Assembly (NCBI GenBank): GCA_046351535.1
Contig: JAXLYG010000005.1
Span: 20,163-84,162, forward strand
Reading direction: 5' to 3'
Source of the DNA: Polyangiales bacterium
GTDB taxonomy: Bacteria; Myxococcota_A; Polyangia; Polyangiales; Ga0077539
DNA length: 64,000 bases
Shown here: positions 1-8,874 of the stretch, in pieces
How the letters are laid out: every line of letters begins with the position of its first letter
Numbering within the stretch: position 1 is the stretch's first letter
Made by a program: the position numbers and the translations under genes
Notes under the pieces: model-generated
Told to the model about the DNA's origin: nothing
Seen by the model: the letters and a program-made list of their open reading frames with translations, nothing else
The model's database searches: none

Positions 1-2
1 TC

Positions 3-374
3 GGAACCGCGGGCGCCACGTCGGGCAACACCCTCGCGTGCCGCACCTACCACGCGGGCGCCGCCGCGACGGGACCGGCCACCCACTGCACGCACGCCGG
101 CCCCGGCGGCGACGGCCCCTGCGGCACCAACTGCGAGGGCTTCTGCACCATCGCGCAGGGCGTCTGCACCGGCGCGAACCAGCAGTTCGCCAGCATGGCC
201 GTGTGCATGACGGCCTGCGCCGGCTTCGCCACGGGCACCCGCTACAACAGCATGCAGACGTCGGGAAACACCTTCGCCTGCCGCCTCTATCACCTCTCGG
301 TCGCCGCCTCGAGCGCAGCCTCGGCCACGACCCACTGCCCGCACATCGTCGCCGCGTCGCCCGTCTGCCGCTGA
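3..374 (+). CDS. Cys/His-rich repeat protein, C-terminal fragment (5' end lies outside the window)
   Basis: Frame 3 is open from the window edge to TGA at 372-374. It is absent from the ORF track because there is no start codon in the window. The translation (...TSGNTLACRTYHAGAAATGPATHCTHAGPGGDGPCG...TSGNTFACRLYHLSVAASSAASATTHCPHIVAASPVCR*) contains a duplicated module TSGNT[LF]ACRxYH-x11-13-THCxH. Third positions are G/C-rich. Confidence 0.6.
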   Translation, partial: GTAGATSGNTLACRTYHAGAAATGPATHCTHAGPGGDGPCGTNCEGFCTIAQGVCTGANQQFASMAVCMTACAGFATGTRYNSMQTSGNTFACRLYHLSVAASSAASATTHCPHIVAASPVCR

Positions 375-419
375 GCGACAGCACCTCAGCCCCCATTCTC
401 GCGGGCTGAGCGCCCCCCT

Positions 420-1037
420 TCACCCGCCGTCGAGACGCTGCGCTTCGAGCGTCGTGATCGTCAGCGAGTACCCCATCCAGCCGTTGCGAAACTCCACCAC
501 GCGCGGGGGCGTGTCGCCCTCCATGCCGCCCTCGTAGCGCACGTCGATGGTGCTCGCGGGAACGCCGTCGAGCCGTCGGAAGTGACGCTCCATGAGCCTC
601 CCCGCGCGCCACACCTCGCGGATCTCTTCACCATCGCGCGTGCCTCTGCGCTCACCGTCGACGGCGGGCGCGGGGCCGAGCCCGATGAAGAGCGTGCGGT
701 GGATGTCGAGCAGCATGTACCGCGGCGGAAAGGGGAGCTCGCCCGGCATGTGCGACGTGAAGCTCACCTCGGTTCCGCGCTGCTGGAGCACGAACGCGCG
801 CGTGCCGAAGGGCGTGAGGCCGAGGAGCGTGAGCGTGTCTCCCTGCTTCTGGAGCACGGCGTCGAAGGACACGTCGCGCCCCGGATAGTGCGCCTCGACG
901 CGCTGCCGAAACATGAACGCGCCGCGGATCTCCGACGTGGGGAGGAGCGTCCCCGGATGCGTCACGACAGGCATCGCGGGCGGCCGTCGCGAGGCGCACG
1001 CGAGCGCGAGACACGCGGCGAGGATCGATCGCTTCAC
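420..1037 (-). CDS. Lipoprotein, last gene of the APE-like operon (position of the DUF3261/ApeN-type protein)
   Basis: GTG start at 1037 is preceded by GGAGG and overlaps the MMPL stop (GTGA). The N-terminus VKRSILAACLALACAS is a signal peptide with a lipobox Cys. 205 aa. Confidence 0.75.
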   Translation of the reverse strand: MKRSILAACLALACASRRPPAMPVVTHPGTLLPTSEIRGAFMFRQRVEAHYPGRDVSFDAVLQKQGDTLTLLGLTPFGTRAFVLQQRGTEVSFTSHMPGELPFPPRYMLLDIHRTLFIGLGPAPAVDGERRGTRDGEEIREVWRAGRLMERHFRRLDGVPASTIDVRYEGGMEGDTPPRVVEFRNGWMGYSLTITTLEAQRLDGG

Positions 1038-3400
1038 GGTGACCTCCGCGCCGAGAGGAGGTGATGCGTGGCGGGCGCGAGCAGCATGCTGAAGGTGAGC
1101 CCGACGCCGGTGGTGAGCCCGATCGCGCGCAGCGACGGGTTCGACGACACCGCGAGGAGTCCGAACGAGAGCAGCGCCGAGGCCCACGCCACGGTCACGC
1201 TGAGCAGCGTCTCGGAGGTCGCCTCGGGGTGTCGCGTGGTCTCGGCCACGAAGATCCCATAGTCGACGCCGGTGCTCAGCACCATGAGCAGGCCGAGCAG
1301 GTGCATGAGGTTGGCGGGGATTCCGAGGAGGCCCACGACGGCGATCGCGGTGGCGCCCGCGAGCACCGATGGGGCGAAGGCCGCGAGCGAGGTGCCGATC
1401 GTACGGTACCGAACGAACAGCATCAGGAGCACCGCGCCGAGCCCCGCGACGATGACCTCCAACGTGCGACGGCGATATCGCCCGTAGGTCTCGCGGAGAA
1501 AGAGCGACTGGTCGAAGTACGCCACGCCGTCGAGGTCGCCGACGCGCGCCGCCACGGCCCTCGCGTCACGCACGCCTTCGAGAAAGGTCAGATACCCCAC
1601 GCGCTCCCCGACGCGCACGCGGAAGGGCCGCGCGAGCTCGATGAGGGGCGTGCGCGCAAGGGTCTCCCAGGTGAGCGCTTCGGGGGCGGGCTCTGCGAGC
1701 GCGCGGGTGAATCCGTCGAGCGCGCCCGCGCGAAATCCCTCGCGCTCGAAGGCCGCGGCGGCTCTCCCGGCGAGGCGAGGCGAGGCGCGCACGAGGTCCT
1801 CGTTGCGGCGTTGCAGATCGCGCGACCACAGCATCGCGTGAAGCGACCGGAAGGCCCGCACGTCACCCGCGGCGCGCGCGTCGGCGAGGCGCATCGCGAC
1901 GCGGTCGTTGCGCTGGAGGGCCTCCTCATCGGTGGCGCCCGTGGCGATCACGAAGCGCCCCTCGTCGAGCCGCGAGACCAGCGCGCGGACCTCGCGCTCC
2001 TCGCGCATCATCGCGGGGTCGACCTCGGTGAGCGCGCGCGCGTCGTCGACCCAGCGCACCCGCGGAATCCCCACGACGCAGAGCAGGAGCGCCGTGAGGG
2101 GGACCACCAGCGCGAGGCCCCTCCGCCGTCGCAGCGCGTCGACCGCGCGCGTCACGGCGTCGGCCAGCGCGCGCTGAAACCTCACCGGGATGGGCTCCTT
2201 CGGGAGCAGCGGCGCCACGAGGTAGCGCGTCGCGAGGAGCGCCCCGCCGACGCCGAAGGTGGCGAACACGGCGATCTCGCGCAGCCCGGGGAAGCTCGTG
2301 TACGCGAGGCCCGCGAGGCCCGCCATCGTCGTGAGCGCGCCGAGCCGCACGGCGGGCCACACGCGCATGAGCGTCGCGTGCGGCCCCTCGGGCGACGGGC
2401 GCAGCGTGTGGTGGTTGATGAGAAACACCGGGTAGTCGAAGCACACGCCGATGAGCGACGCGCCGAACGCGAGCGTGAGCCCGTGCAGCTTGCCGAACAC
2501 CGCGAGGCCCGCGGTCATCGCGACGAGCATCCCCGCGCCGAGCGGGAGCGACGCGAGCACGAGGTACCGCAGCGACCTGTGGATGAGCATGAAGAGCGCG
2601 ACGACGCCCGCGGTCGAGAGGATCGAGATGCGCTCGGTGTCTCCGCGGATCTGCCCTTCTGCAGCGACGGCGATGCGATGCGCGCCGCTCTGTCGCAAGC
2701 GGAGCGCGTGGGCGTGGGCGCCGTTCACGCGCTCGAAGGCGCGGTTGATCGCGGCGATGAACGGGCGCTGTCGCGCGCCATCGAAGGCCGAGTGGCGCGT
2801 CGCGAGAAAGATCACGCCGTCGCGTCCGTCGGCGGAGACGAACTGCCCGTCGCGCAGCGTGAGGGCGCCCGCCTGCGCGCTTCGAAGCCGCGTGAGCTCG
2901 GTGAGAAAGCCGAGGAGAGGGTCGCTCCCCGCGACGCGCGCGACGAGCGTTCCTGCGGGGGAGGCGAGCTGGCGTTTGACCTCGCGCGCGGCGTCGACGA
3001 GGCCCGCGTCGGTGAGCCTCGCGGGGAGTTCCTCTTCGGGTCGATCGGAGAGGAACGCGTGCCTCCGCGGGAACCACACGTCGTGGAAGGCGCGCTCCAT
3101 CGAGGGGTCGACGCCCGCGCGCAGCCACGCCACCTCGGGGTTCGCGCGCAGCGCGTCGGCGAGCTCCCTCGCGGAGGTCGCGGCGGTCTCTGCGTCGGGC
3201 GCTCCGACGGCGAGCACCATCGTGCGAGAGAGCTCGCTCTCGGCCACGGCGCGCGAGACCCACGCGAGGCGCGCGTCCTCGCCCGCGGGGAGAAAGTGGG
3301 TGATCTCGTTGCCGACGCGCATCCGTCGCGCGGAGAAGATCGCCATCGCGGCGAGGAGCGCGAAGCCCGCGATGAGCTGAGTGCGTTCTCGTCGTTGCAT
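1034..3400 (-). CDS. MMPL/RND-superfamily exporter (ApeM-like)
   Basis: 788 aa with an N-terminal TM segment and two multi-TM bundles (..LGAGMLVAMTAGLAVFGKLHGLTLAFGASLIGVCFDYPVF.. and ..LLGLLMVLSTGVDYGIFVAE..) separated by large soluble loops. It sits after the LolA-like gene. Confidence 0.85.
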   Translation of the reverse strand: MQRRERTQLIAGFALLAAMAIFSARRMRVGNEITHFLPAGEDARLAWVSRAVAESELSRTMVLAVGAPDAETAATSARELADALRANPEVAWLRAGVDPSMERAFHDVWFPRRHAFLSDRPEEELPARLTDAGLVDAAREVKRQLASPAGTLVARVAGSDPLLGFLTELTRLRSAQAGALTLRDGQFVSADGRDGVIFLATRHSAFDGARQRPFIAAINRAFERVNGAHAHALRLRQSGAHRIAVAAEGQIRGDTERISILSTAGVVALFMLIHRSLRYLVLASLPLGAGMLVAMTAGLAVFGKLHGLTLAFGASLIGVCFDYPVFLINHHTLRPSPEGPHATLMRVWPAVRLGALTTMAGLAGLAYTSFPGLREIAVFATFGVGGALLATRYLVAPLLPKEPIPVRFQRALADAVTRAVDALRRRRGLALVVPLTALLLCVVGIPRVRWVDDARALTEVDPAMMREEREVRALVSRLDEGRFVIATGATDEEALQRNDRVAMRLADARAAGDVRAFRSLHAMLWSRDLQRRNEDLVRASPRLAGRAAAAFEREGFRAGALDGFTRALAEPAPEALTWETLARTPLIELARPFRVRVGERVGYLTFLEGVRDARAVAARVGDLDGVAYFDQSLFLRETYGRYRRRTLEVIVAGLGAVLLMLFVRYRTIGTSLAAFAPSVLAGATAIAVVGLLGIPANLMHLLGLLMVLSTGVDYGIFVAETTRHPEATSETLLSVTVAWASALLSFGLLAVSSNPSLRAIGLTTGVGLTFSMLLAPATHHLLSARRSP

Positions 3401-3415
3401 CGGGGCGTCGGGGTC

Positions 3416-4141
3416 TCAGGGCGAGAGTCGAAAGACGCGCGCGGCCTCGTCGGGCGCGTATCTGCGCGCGGCGTCGACCTCGGTGAAGCGCGTCGAGGTC
3501 TCGTCTCCGCTCGTCTCTCGCAGGGTCATCGCGTCGAGGATCACGCCCGCGCCTCGGAGCTCGATGTCGCGGAACACGCGCTGAATGGTGGCCACGCGAG
3601 GACGGAGCGTGAGCGTCCACGCCTCGGGACGCTGCGCGTCGGGGACGCGAAAATCGATCTCGTAGCTCCGCTCCAGGGCCGCACGATCGCCCGCGACGAG
3701 CGCGAGAAAGCTGTCGACGAACTGCCGCACCACGGGCGTCGCGTTCATGTCGATCGACTGCTCTCCGCGGCCATCCCCGAAGCGGAGGTGAGAGCCCTCG
3801 ATGAGCACCGTCGAGGGCGCGGGCGTCGCGGTGCGACGCACGAGGCGAGAGGGCGGCGCGTAGTCGAGGGTCCCTTCGCTCACGAGCGGCGCGGCGAGGA
3901 GCTGCACGCGCTTCTCTTCGCGAAACCGCGCGTGGAGACCGGGCACCGCGGCGAAGCGGCGGAGCAGCGCGTCGAGCGTCACGGGCGCGGCCACGGGCGC
4001 CGCGGGCGCGACGGGCGCGGTCACGGGCGTGCGGGTCGGACGGTTGCGCGGAGGGCGACGCGGCTGCGACGACGCGAGCGCCGAGAGGGCCACGAGCGAC
4101 AGCGCGAGCGCGCTACGCGACGATGCGGGAACGGATGGCAT
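3416..4141 (-). CDS. LolA-like lipoprotein-carrier family protein (ApeL-like)
   Basis: 241 aa with a signal peptide (SALALSLVALSALASS). Its size and its position between the thioesterase and MMPL genes match APE clusters. No diagnostic motif was read, so the call rests mainly on context. Confidence 0.6.
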   Translation of the reverse strand: MPSVPASSRSALALSLVALSALASSQPRRPPRNRPTRTPVTAPVAPAAPVAAPVTLDALLRRFAAVPGLHARFREEKRVQLLAAPLVSEGTLDYAPPSRLVRRTATPAPSTVLIEGSHLRFGDGRGEQSIDMNATPVVRQFVDSFLALVAGDRAALERSYEIDFRVPDAQRPEAWTLTLRPRVATIQRVFRDIELRGAGVILDAMTLRETSGDETSTRFTEVDAARRYAPDEAARVFRLSP

Positions 4142-4508
4142 CGGGGGTCTCCATGAGCAGCTCGCCGGCGGGCGTGGTGGTGACGAGGACGGTGCGCGCC
4201 CGCGCGACGCGGCGGTCGTGCGTGACGCTGTGGAGGTCGTAGAAGACCACGATGCGCTGCTCGACGTCGCCGAAGCGCGCCGTCACGCGCACGCGCTCGC
4301 CGTAGCGCAACGGGCGCATGTAGCGGCAGTGCGCGTCGACGACCATCATGTGAAGGCCGAGCTCCATGAGGTCGGGCACGTCGAGGCGGTGGACGCGCAT
4401 GAGCTCGGTGCGCGCGAGCTCGAGGTACTTGAAGTAGTTGCCGTGCCACACGACGCGCAGCCCGTCGACGTCGTGAAAGGGCACGGTGAGCTCGATGGAG
4501 GCGCTCAC
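4113..4508 (-). CDS. Hotdog-fold acyl-CoA/ACP thioesterase (4HBT/YbgC-like, ApeK-like)
   Basis: GTG start at 4508 overlaps the upstream stop (GTGA). 131 aa. The sequence ..IELTVPFHDVDGLRVVWHGNYFKYLE.. is typical of 4HBT thioesterases. Confidence 0.8.
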   Translation of the reverse strand: MSASIELTVPFHDVDGLRVVWHGNYFKYLELARTELMRVHRLDVPDLMELGLHMMVVDAHCRYMRPLRYGERVRVTARFGDVEQRIVVFYDLHSVTHDRRVARARTVLVTTTPAGELLMETPDAIRSRIVA

Positions 4509-5413
4509 GGCGAGGGCCTCCAGAAGTCGTAGAAGTTGAACCAGTTGTCGGGCGCGAGGCGGCAGTAGTGCTCGAGGCGCTCGGCGTAGCGGCGCGCCCA
4601 CGCGGCGAGGGAAGCGTCGCGGTCGCGTCGATCGACCACGAGCGGATCGGCGAAGGGCTCGCAGTAGAGGTCGTAGCGATCGGGCTCGGTGAACACGCCG
4701 AAGGTGAGGAACACCGGGCACCGCAGCGACGACGCGAGCAGGTACGGCCCCACGGGGAAGAGCGCCTTTCCGCCGAGAAAATCGATCTCCGCGGTGCGCG
4801 CGTTGAGGCCCGTGCGGTCGGCGAGGAGCGCGACGAACTCGCCCCTCTCGACGCGCTCCTTGAGCGCGAGGATGTAGTCGAAGCCCTCGGGCTCGATCTC
4901 GACGACGCGCGTCGACGCCTCGGGGTTCACGGCCGCGAGCGCCGCGTTGATCATCTTCGCGTTGCGAAAGTACCCGACGATGTTGACCGCGAAGTCGCGG
5001 CTGCGCCCCTGGGCGCGCATCGCTTCGAAGCTCCCGAGGTGCGCGCCGATGAGCACGGCCCCTCGGCCCGCCTCACGCGCCGCGCGGAGGTGCTCGGTGC
5101 CGTGGCTCTCGATGGTGAAGAGGTCGCGCCGCCCCTTGAGCAGAAAGAACCGATCGAGCGCGCAGTGCGCGAAGGTCAGCACGTGGCGGTACACGTCACC
5201 GAGCGAGGCGCCGCCGCGGACGCGCGTGAGGTAGTCGCGCGAGCACCGCCGCACGCGCCCGTGGAGCCCCACGTAGTACACGCACAGCGCCGCGAGGAAG
5301 AGCCGCGCGGGGCCGCGCCCGAAGGCCGTGCAGAGCCACACGACGAAGCGGATGCCGAGCACCGCGCCCTTCTCGCGCGTCTCGAGCCAGCCCTTCGGCG
5401 CGTCGTCGCTCAC
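4505..5413 (-). CDS. LpxL/HtrB-like lysophospholipid (lauroyl) acyltransferase
   Basis: GTG start at 5413 overlaps the GT2 stop (GTGA). 302 aa with an N-terminal membrane anchor (GIRFVVWLCTAF..LFLAALCVYYV), consistent with a LABLAT-type acyltransferase. Confidence 0.7.
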   Translation of the reverse strand: MSDDAPKGWLETREKGAVLGIRFVVWLCTAFGRGPARLFLAALCVYYVGLHGRVRRCSRDYLTRVRGGASLGDVYRHVLTFAHCALDRFFLLKGRRDLFTIESHGTEHLRAAREAGRGAVLIGAHLGSFEAMRAQGRSRDFAVNIVGYFRNAKMINAALAAVNPEASTRVVEIEPEGFDYILALKERVERGEFVALLADRTGLNARTAEIDFLGGKALFPVGPYLLASSLRCPVFLTFGVFTEPDRYDLYCEPFADPLVVDRRDRDASLAAWARRYAERLEHYCRLAPDNWFNFYDFWRPSP

Positions 5414-6147
5414 GGCGCCGCCTCCCGTCGCGGCGCGAAGAAGCGCGCGATGCGGGTGAGCATGAGCCGCGTGTGCATCCAGCTGATGAGGGCGTTGTCG
5501 CGCACCATGCGAAAGTGCGACACGCCGCCGTCTTCGCGCGAGATGTAGCGCACGCGCGTCGGGAGGTTGATCACCGGGACGCCCGCCCACACCATGCGCA
5601 CGGCGATCTCGGGGTCGAAGTCCATCGCGTCGCCGCGGGTGTTCGACGCGAGGGCCGCGCGCAGCGGGTACACGCGAAAGCCGCACATGGGGTCGGCGAT
5701 CACGGGTCCGCCCGCCTCGACGTTGGTCCAGAAGCGGGTGATCTCGCGCGCGGCGCGCCGTGATTTGGGCGCGCTCTCGTCGAAGACGGGCTGCCCGAGC
5801 ACCAGCGCCTCGGGCCTCTCGCGCGCGGCTTCGAGGAAGCGCGGGATGTCTTCGAAGGTGTGCTGTCCGTCGGCGTCGACCTGGAGCGCGTGCGTGTACC
5901 CGAGCGCGAGCGCGGCGCGGAAGCCGTCCTTCACGGCGGCTCCCTTTCCCCCGTTCTGCGCGCGTCGGTGGAGGTGCGCGAGGCCCTCCGAGGCGATGGC
6001 GTCGAGCACGGCGCGGGCCTCGGGTCCGCTGCCGTCATCGACGACGACGACGTCGCCGAGGTGCTCCCGCGCGCGCTCGACGACGGCGCGCACGGTGGCG
6101 GGGTTGTTGTACGTGGGGATGAGCACGCAGGGCTTGAACTCGCTCAC
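5410..6147 (-). CDS. Family 2 glycosyltransferase (ApeJ-like)
   Basis: 245 aa. Motifs VLIPTYNNPATV, VVVVDDGSGP and LQVDADGQH (DxD). GTG start overlaps the DH stop. Confidence 0.85.
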   Translation of the reverse strand: MSEFKPCVLIPTYNNPATVRAVVERAREHLGDVVVVDDGSGPEARAVLDAIASEGLAHLHRRAQNGGKGAAVKDGFRAALALGYTHALQVDADGQHTFEDIPRFLEAARERPEALVLGQPVFDESAPKSRRAAREITRFWTNVEAGGPVIADPMCGFRVYPLRAALASNTRGDAMDFDPEIAVRMVWAGVPVINLPTRVRYISREDGGVSHFRMVRDNALISWMHTRLMLTRIARFFAPRREAAP

Positions 6148-6515
6148 GGCGAAGCCTCTCCGAAATGGAGGGTCCCCGCCGAGGCGACGCCTCCTCCGAG
6201 CTCGATGACGAAGGCGACGGCGGCGCGCGCGCGGGTGTGTTCGAGGCGCAGCGAGAGGTCGTCGCCGGGCCTGATGGGCTTGTGAAACTTGAGCTTCGTC
6301 GCGCGTCGGAGCGGGGGCATCGCGGGCCAGGCCCGATGAACGAGCGGCAGCACGAGGTTGTTCAACTGCGCGACGGCGGGTAGCACCGGGTCTCCCTCGA
6401 AGTGCCCGAGGAAGTAGCAGAGCCCCGCGGGGACGTGCACCGCAAAGTCCGCGCGCGCCACGCCGTCGGCCTCGCTCTGCGCCTCGCTGCGCACCTCGAA
6501 CGCGCGCTCATCCAT
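6144..6515 (-). CDS. FabA/FabZ-like hotdog dehydratase (ApeI-like)
   Basis: ATG at 6515, 123 aa. The catalytic-type motif YFLGHFEGDPVLPAV (HFxxxPxxP) is present. Confidence 0.8.
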   Translation of the reverse strand: MDERAFEVRSEAQSEADGVARADFAVHVPAGLCYFLGHFEGDPVLPAVAQLNNLVLPLVHRAWPAMPPLRRATKLKFHKPIRPGDDLSLRLEHTRARAAVAFVIELGGGVASAGTLHFGEASP

Positions 6516-7143
6516 CGCGCACCGCCGTCTCGGTGATGGGCGGAAAGAGCCTCGCCATGAGCCTGTCGTGGGGCGCGTTCCCGTAGCGCCTGAAGCGCAT
6601 CGAGCGGAGCACGTACTCCACCGTGAACATCGCGCCGAGGAGCCCATACGAGAGCGCGCCCGTGTAGAGCGCCCACCACGCGACGGGCGCCGCGAGCGCG
6701 AGCACCGCGGAGACAACAGCGTTCACGGCGAAGAACACACACCACGCGACGGTGACCTTGCGACACCACGCTCTCTCGGGCTCCGAGAGGGTCGCGACCT
6801 GCATCCTCGCGAAGCGCTCGATGATCGGGGTGTCTCCGCGGAGCGTCGCGGCGAAGTGAACGAGCATCGCGGCGTTCACGAGCGAGGGCATCGCGAGCAT
6901 GAAGCGCGCGTCGCGGAGCACCGCGGCGCACAGGGCCAGCGCGCCGATCGTGAGAGGGACCCGCAGCGCGTGGGCGAGGTCGTCGCGGCGGGCGTTCTTC
7001 GCGGCGACGAGGGCGCGCGGGACGGCGACGACGAGCACGGCGAGGCCCACGGCGCGCGGACCCCAGCGGGTCACGCCGAGGTACACCGCGAAGGGGTACG
7101 CGAGCGTGGCGAGCACGCGGAGTGCGATCGCGAGCGCGCGCAT
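6508..7143 (-). CDS. Polytopic membrane protein (COG4648/ApeG-like)
   Basis: ATG at 7143, 211 aa, with several hydrophobic helices (MRALAIALRVLATLAYPFAVYLGV.., ..WCVFFAVNAVVSAVLALAAPVAWWALY..). The upstream part of the track ORF 6508..7899 is rejected as an Arg-rich artefact. Confidence 0.7.
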   Translation of the reverse strand: MRALAIALRVLATLAYPFAVYLGVTRWGPRAVGLAVLVVAVPRALVAAKNARRDDLAHALRVPLTIGALALCAAVLRDARFMLAMPSLVNAAMLVHFAATLRGDTPIIERFARMQVATLSEPERAWCRKVTVAWCVFFAVNAVVSAVLALAAPVAWWALYTGALSYGLLGAMFTVEYVLRSMRFRRYGNAPHDRLMARLFPPITETAVRDG

Positions 7144-7163
7144 CTGCGTAGGGCGGAGTCCCT

Positions 7164-8357
7164 TCAGCTCGCGAGAGACGCCGCGCGATGGGCTTCCCAG
7201 GAGCGCACCATCGAGGCGAGCTCGCCCATGCGGTCGGCCATGTCGTGCGGCGAGCGCCGCGTGGTGTTGTACACGTCGCCCGCGAGGAGCGTCACGATCC
7301 CCATGCGCAGGTAGGGCTTCTGGAGCTCGCGCGGCGCGAGCGCGACGGTCATGAAGTCGTCGGCGTACCAGTGGTCGATGACCTTGCGGAACACGCTCGC
7401 GCCGTCGCAGTACTCGCGCTGCCACGCGTCGAGGTCGCCGCCGTCGAGGGCCGCCGCGAGCTGGCGCGCGCCGTAGAGCCCGAGCAGCACGCCGGAGCTG
7501 AACACCGGGTCGATGAAGGTCGCCGCGTCGCCGCAGAGCGCGAAGCCCTCGCCGTGAAACGTCGTCGAGGTCGCGGTGTAGTCCTGCACGCCGCGGAAGG
7601 GGAAGAGCCGCTCGGCCTCGTCGAGCCGCGCCGTCGCGTCGGGCGACATGGCGATGGCGGCCTTGAAGCGCTCCTCCGCGGTGCCCTTGAGCGGACACGA
7701 CGGAGACATCACCACGCCCACCGAGGCCACGCCTCCGCCGAAGGGAATGATCCAGATCCAGCCGCCGGGGATGCAGCAGATCGTGATGTCGCCGGGCTGG
7801 TCGGGCGCGAGCTGCTTGACGCCCTTGCAGCGCGTTCCGATGGCGGCGTTCTTGAGCCGCGCGTCGCCCACGCGCAGGCCGAGCTTGCGAGAGAGCCACA
7901 TCGTGCGACCGCCCGCGTCGATGATCCGCTCGCCCGTGAGCGAGCCCGCGGAGGTGTCGAGCCGCCGCGCGGCCACGTCGGCGTCGCGCGCCTCGCCGTA
8001 CACGATGCGGCAGCCGGCGGCGCGCGCGGCGTCACGCCAGCGGAGGTCGAAGACCTCGCGCTGCACCTGCCACGCCCACTTGTAGCGAACGGCCTCGGCC
8101 TCGGAGAAGTCGAAGCGCACCGACGCGCCGTCGCGGCAGAACACGGCGCCGTGCTTGACGATGAAGCCGCTCATGTCGAGGCCGCACTCTTCGAAGATGA
8201 GCGTCGAGCCGGGGAGCATCGACTCGCCGACGACGCTCTCGGGACGCTCGACGGACTCGACGAGCGTCACCTTCGCGCCGCGCTTCGAGAGGTAGGTGCC
8301 GAGGGCGCACCCCGTGGGGCCTGCGCCGACGATGACGAAATCGCTCGTGAGGGTCAT
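7164..8357 (-). CDS. Flavin-dependent halogenase (tryptophan-halogenase family)
   Basis: 397 aa. It has an FAD-binding motif VIVGAGPTGCALG, GESMLPGS, and the halogenase signature WxWxIP as GGWIWIIPFG. Confidence 0.8.
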   Translation of the reverse strand: MTLTSDFVIVGAGPTGCALGTYLSKRGAKVTLVESVERPESVVGESMLPGSTLIFEECGLDMSGFIVKHGAVFCRDGASVRFDFSEAEAVRYKWAWQVQREVFDLRWRDAARAAGCRIVYGEARDADVAARRLDTSAGSLTGERIIDAGGRTMWLSRKLGLRVGDARLKNAAIGTRCKGVKQLAPDQPGDITICCIPGGWIWIIPFGGGVASVGVVMSPSCPLKGTAEERFKAAIAMSPDATARLDEAERLFPFRGVQDYTATSTTFHGEGFALCGDAATFIDPVFSSGVLLGLYGARQLAAALDGGDLDAWQREYCDGASVFRKVIDHWYADDFMTVALAPRELQKPYLRMGIVTLLAGDVYNTTRRSPHDMADRMGELASMVRSWEAHRAASLAS

Positions 8358-8605
8358 GTCGCTCCTTGGAGGTTCTTCGCGACGAGGTCGACGAGGTCGG
8401 CCACCGTGCGGATCTTTCGGAGCTCGCGCTCCTCGACGCGGCGGCCGGTCATCTCCTTGACCTTGACGGCCATGTCGATGGCGTCGATGGAGTCGAGCTC
8501 GAGGTCTTCGTAGAGCCTCGCGTCGAGGCGCACGGCGTCGGGGTCGACCTCGAAGCGGTCGACGAGCGTGCGGGCCATCTCGGCGAAGATCTGCTCGCGG
8601 TTCAT
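8354..8605 (-). CDS. Acyl carrier protein
   Basis: 83 aa with the phosphopantetheine site LELDSIDAIDM. ATGA overlaps occur on both sides. Confidence 0.9.
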   Translation of the reverse strand: MNREQIFAEMARTLVDRFEVDPDAVRLDARLYEDLELDSIDAIDMAVKVKEMTGRRVEERELRKIRTVADLVDLVAKNLQGAT

Positions 8606-8868
8606 TTGCCAGCCGGACGGTGCGCCGCGACGTGGGCCGCGAGGGCGCGCACCGAGGCGAAGATCGCGCGGTTGTTCTCGTCGTCGGCGCGGAGCTTCAC
8701 GCCGTAGCGCCGCTCGACGGCCATCGCGAGCTCGAGGGCGTCGATGGAGTCGAGGCCGAGGCCGGTGCCGAAGAGGGCTGCGGCGCTGTCGATCTCCTCG
8801 GGACGCACGCTGTCGAGCATGAGTGACTCGACGATCAGCCGCTTCATTTCGAGTTCGAGGTCTTCCAT
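8602..8868 (-). CDS. Acyl carrier protein
   Basis: 88 aa with the phosphopantetheine site LGLDSIDALEL. Confidence 0.9.
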   Translation of the reverse strand: MEDLELEMKRLIVESLMLDSVRPEEIDSAAALFGTGLGLDSIDALELAMAVERRYGVKLRADDENNRAIFASVRALAAHVAAHRPAGK

Positions 8869-8874
8869 GGCGGA

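Noticed and set aside
38-409. Tracked ORF at the left edge (MPHLPRGRRRDGTGHPLHARRPRRRRP...).
   Set aside because: It is an Arg-rich alternative frame. Frame 3 (3..374) gives a structured Cys/His repeat protein with G/C-rich third positions and is preferred.
1061-4156. A 1031-aa plus-strand ORF. Similar very long ORFs occur at 10614..13406 (+), 12750..15431 (-), 31145..33166 (-), 32905..35124 (-), 36079..38145 (-) and 39675..41900 (-).
   Set aside because: All run antisense to, or out of frame with, genes that have clear domain signatures. Their translations are low-complexity Arg/Gly/Glu/Asp/His-rich strings. These are the usual stop-codon-poor shadow frames of very GC-rich DNA.
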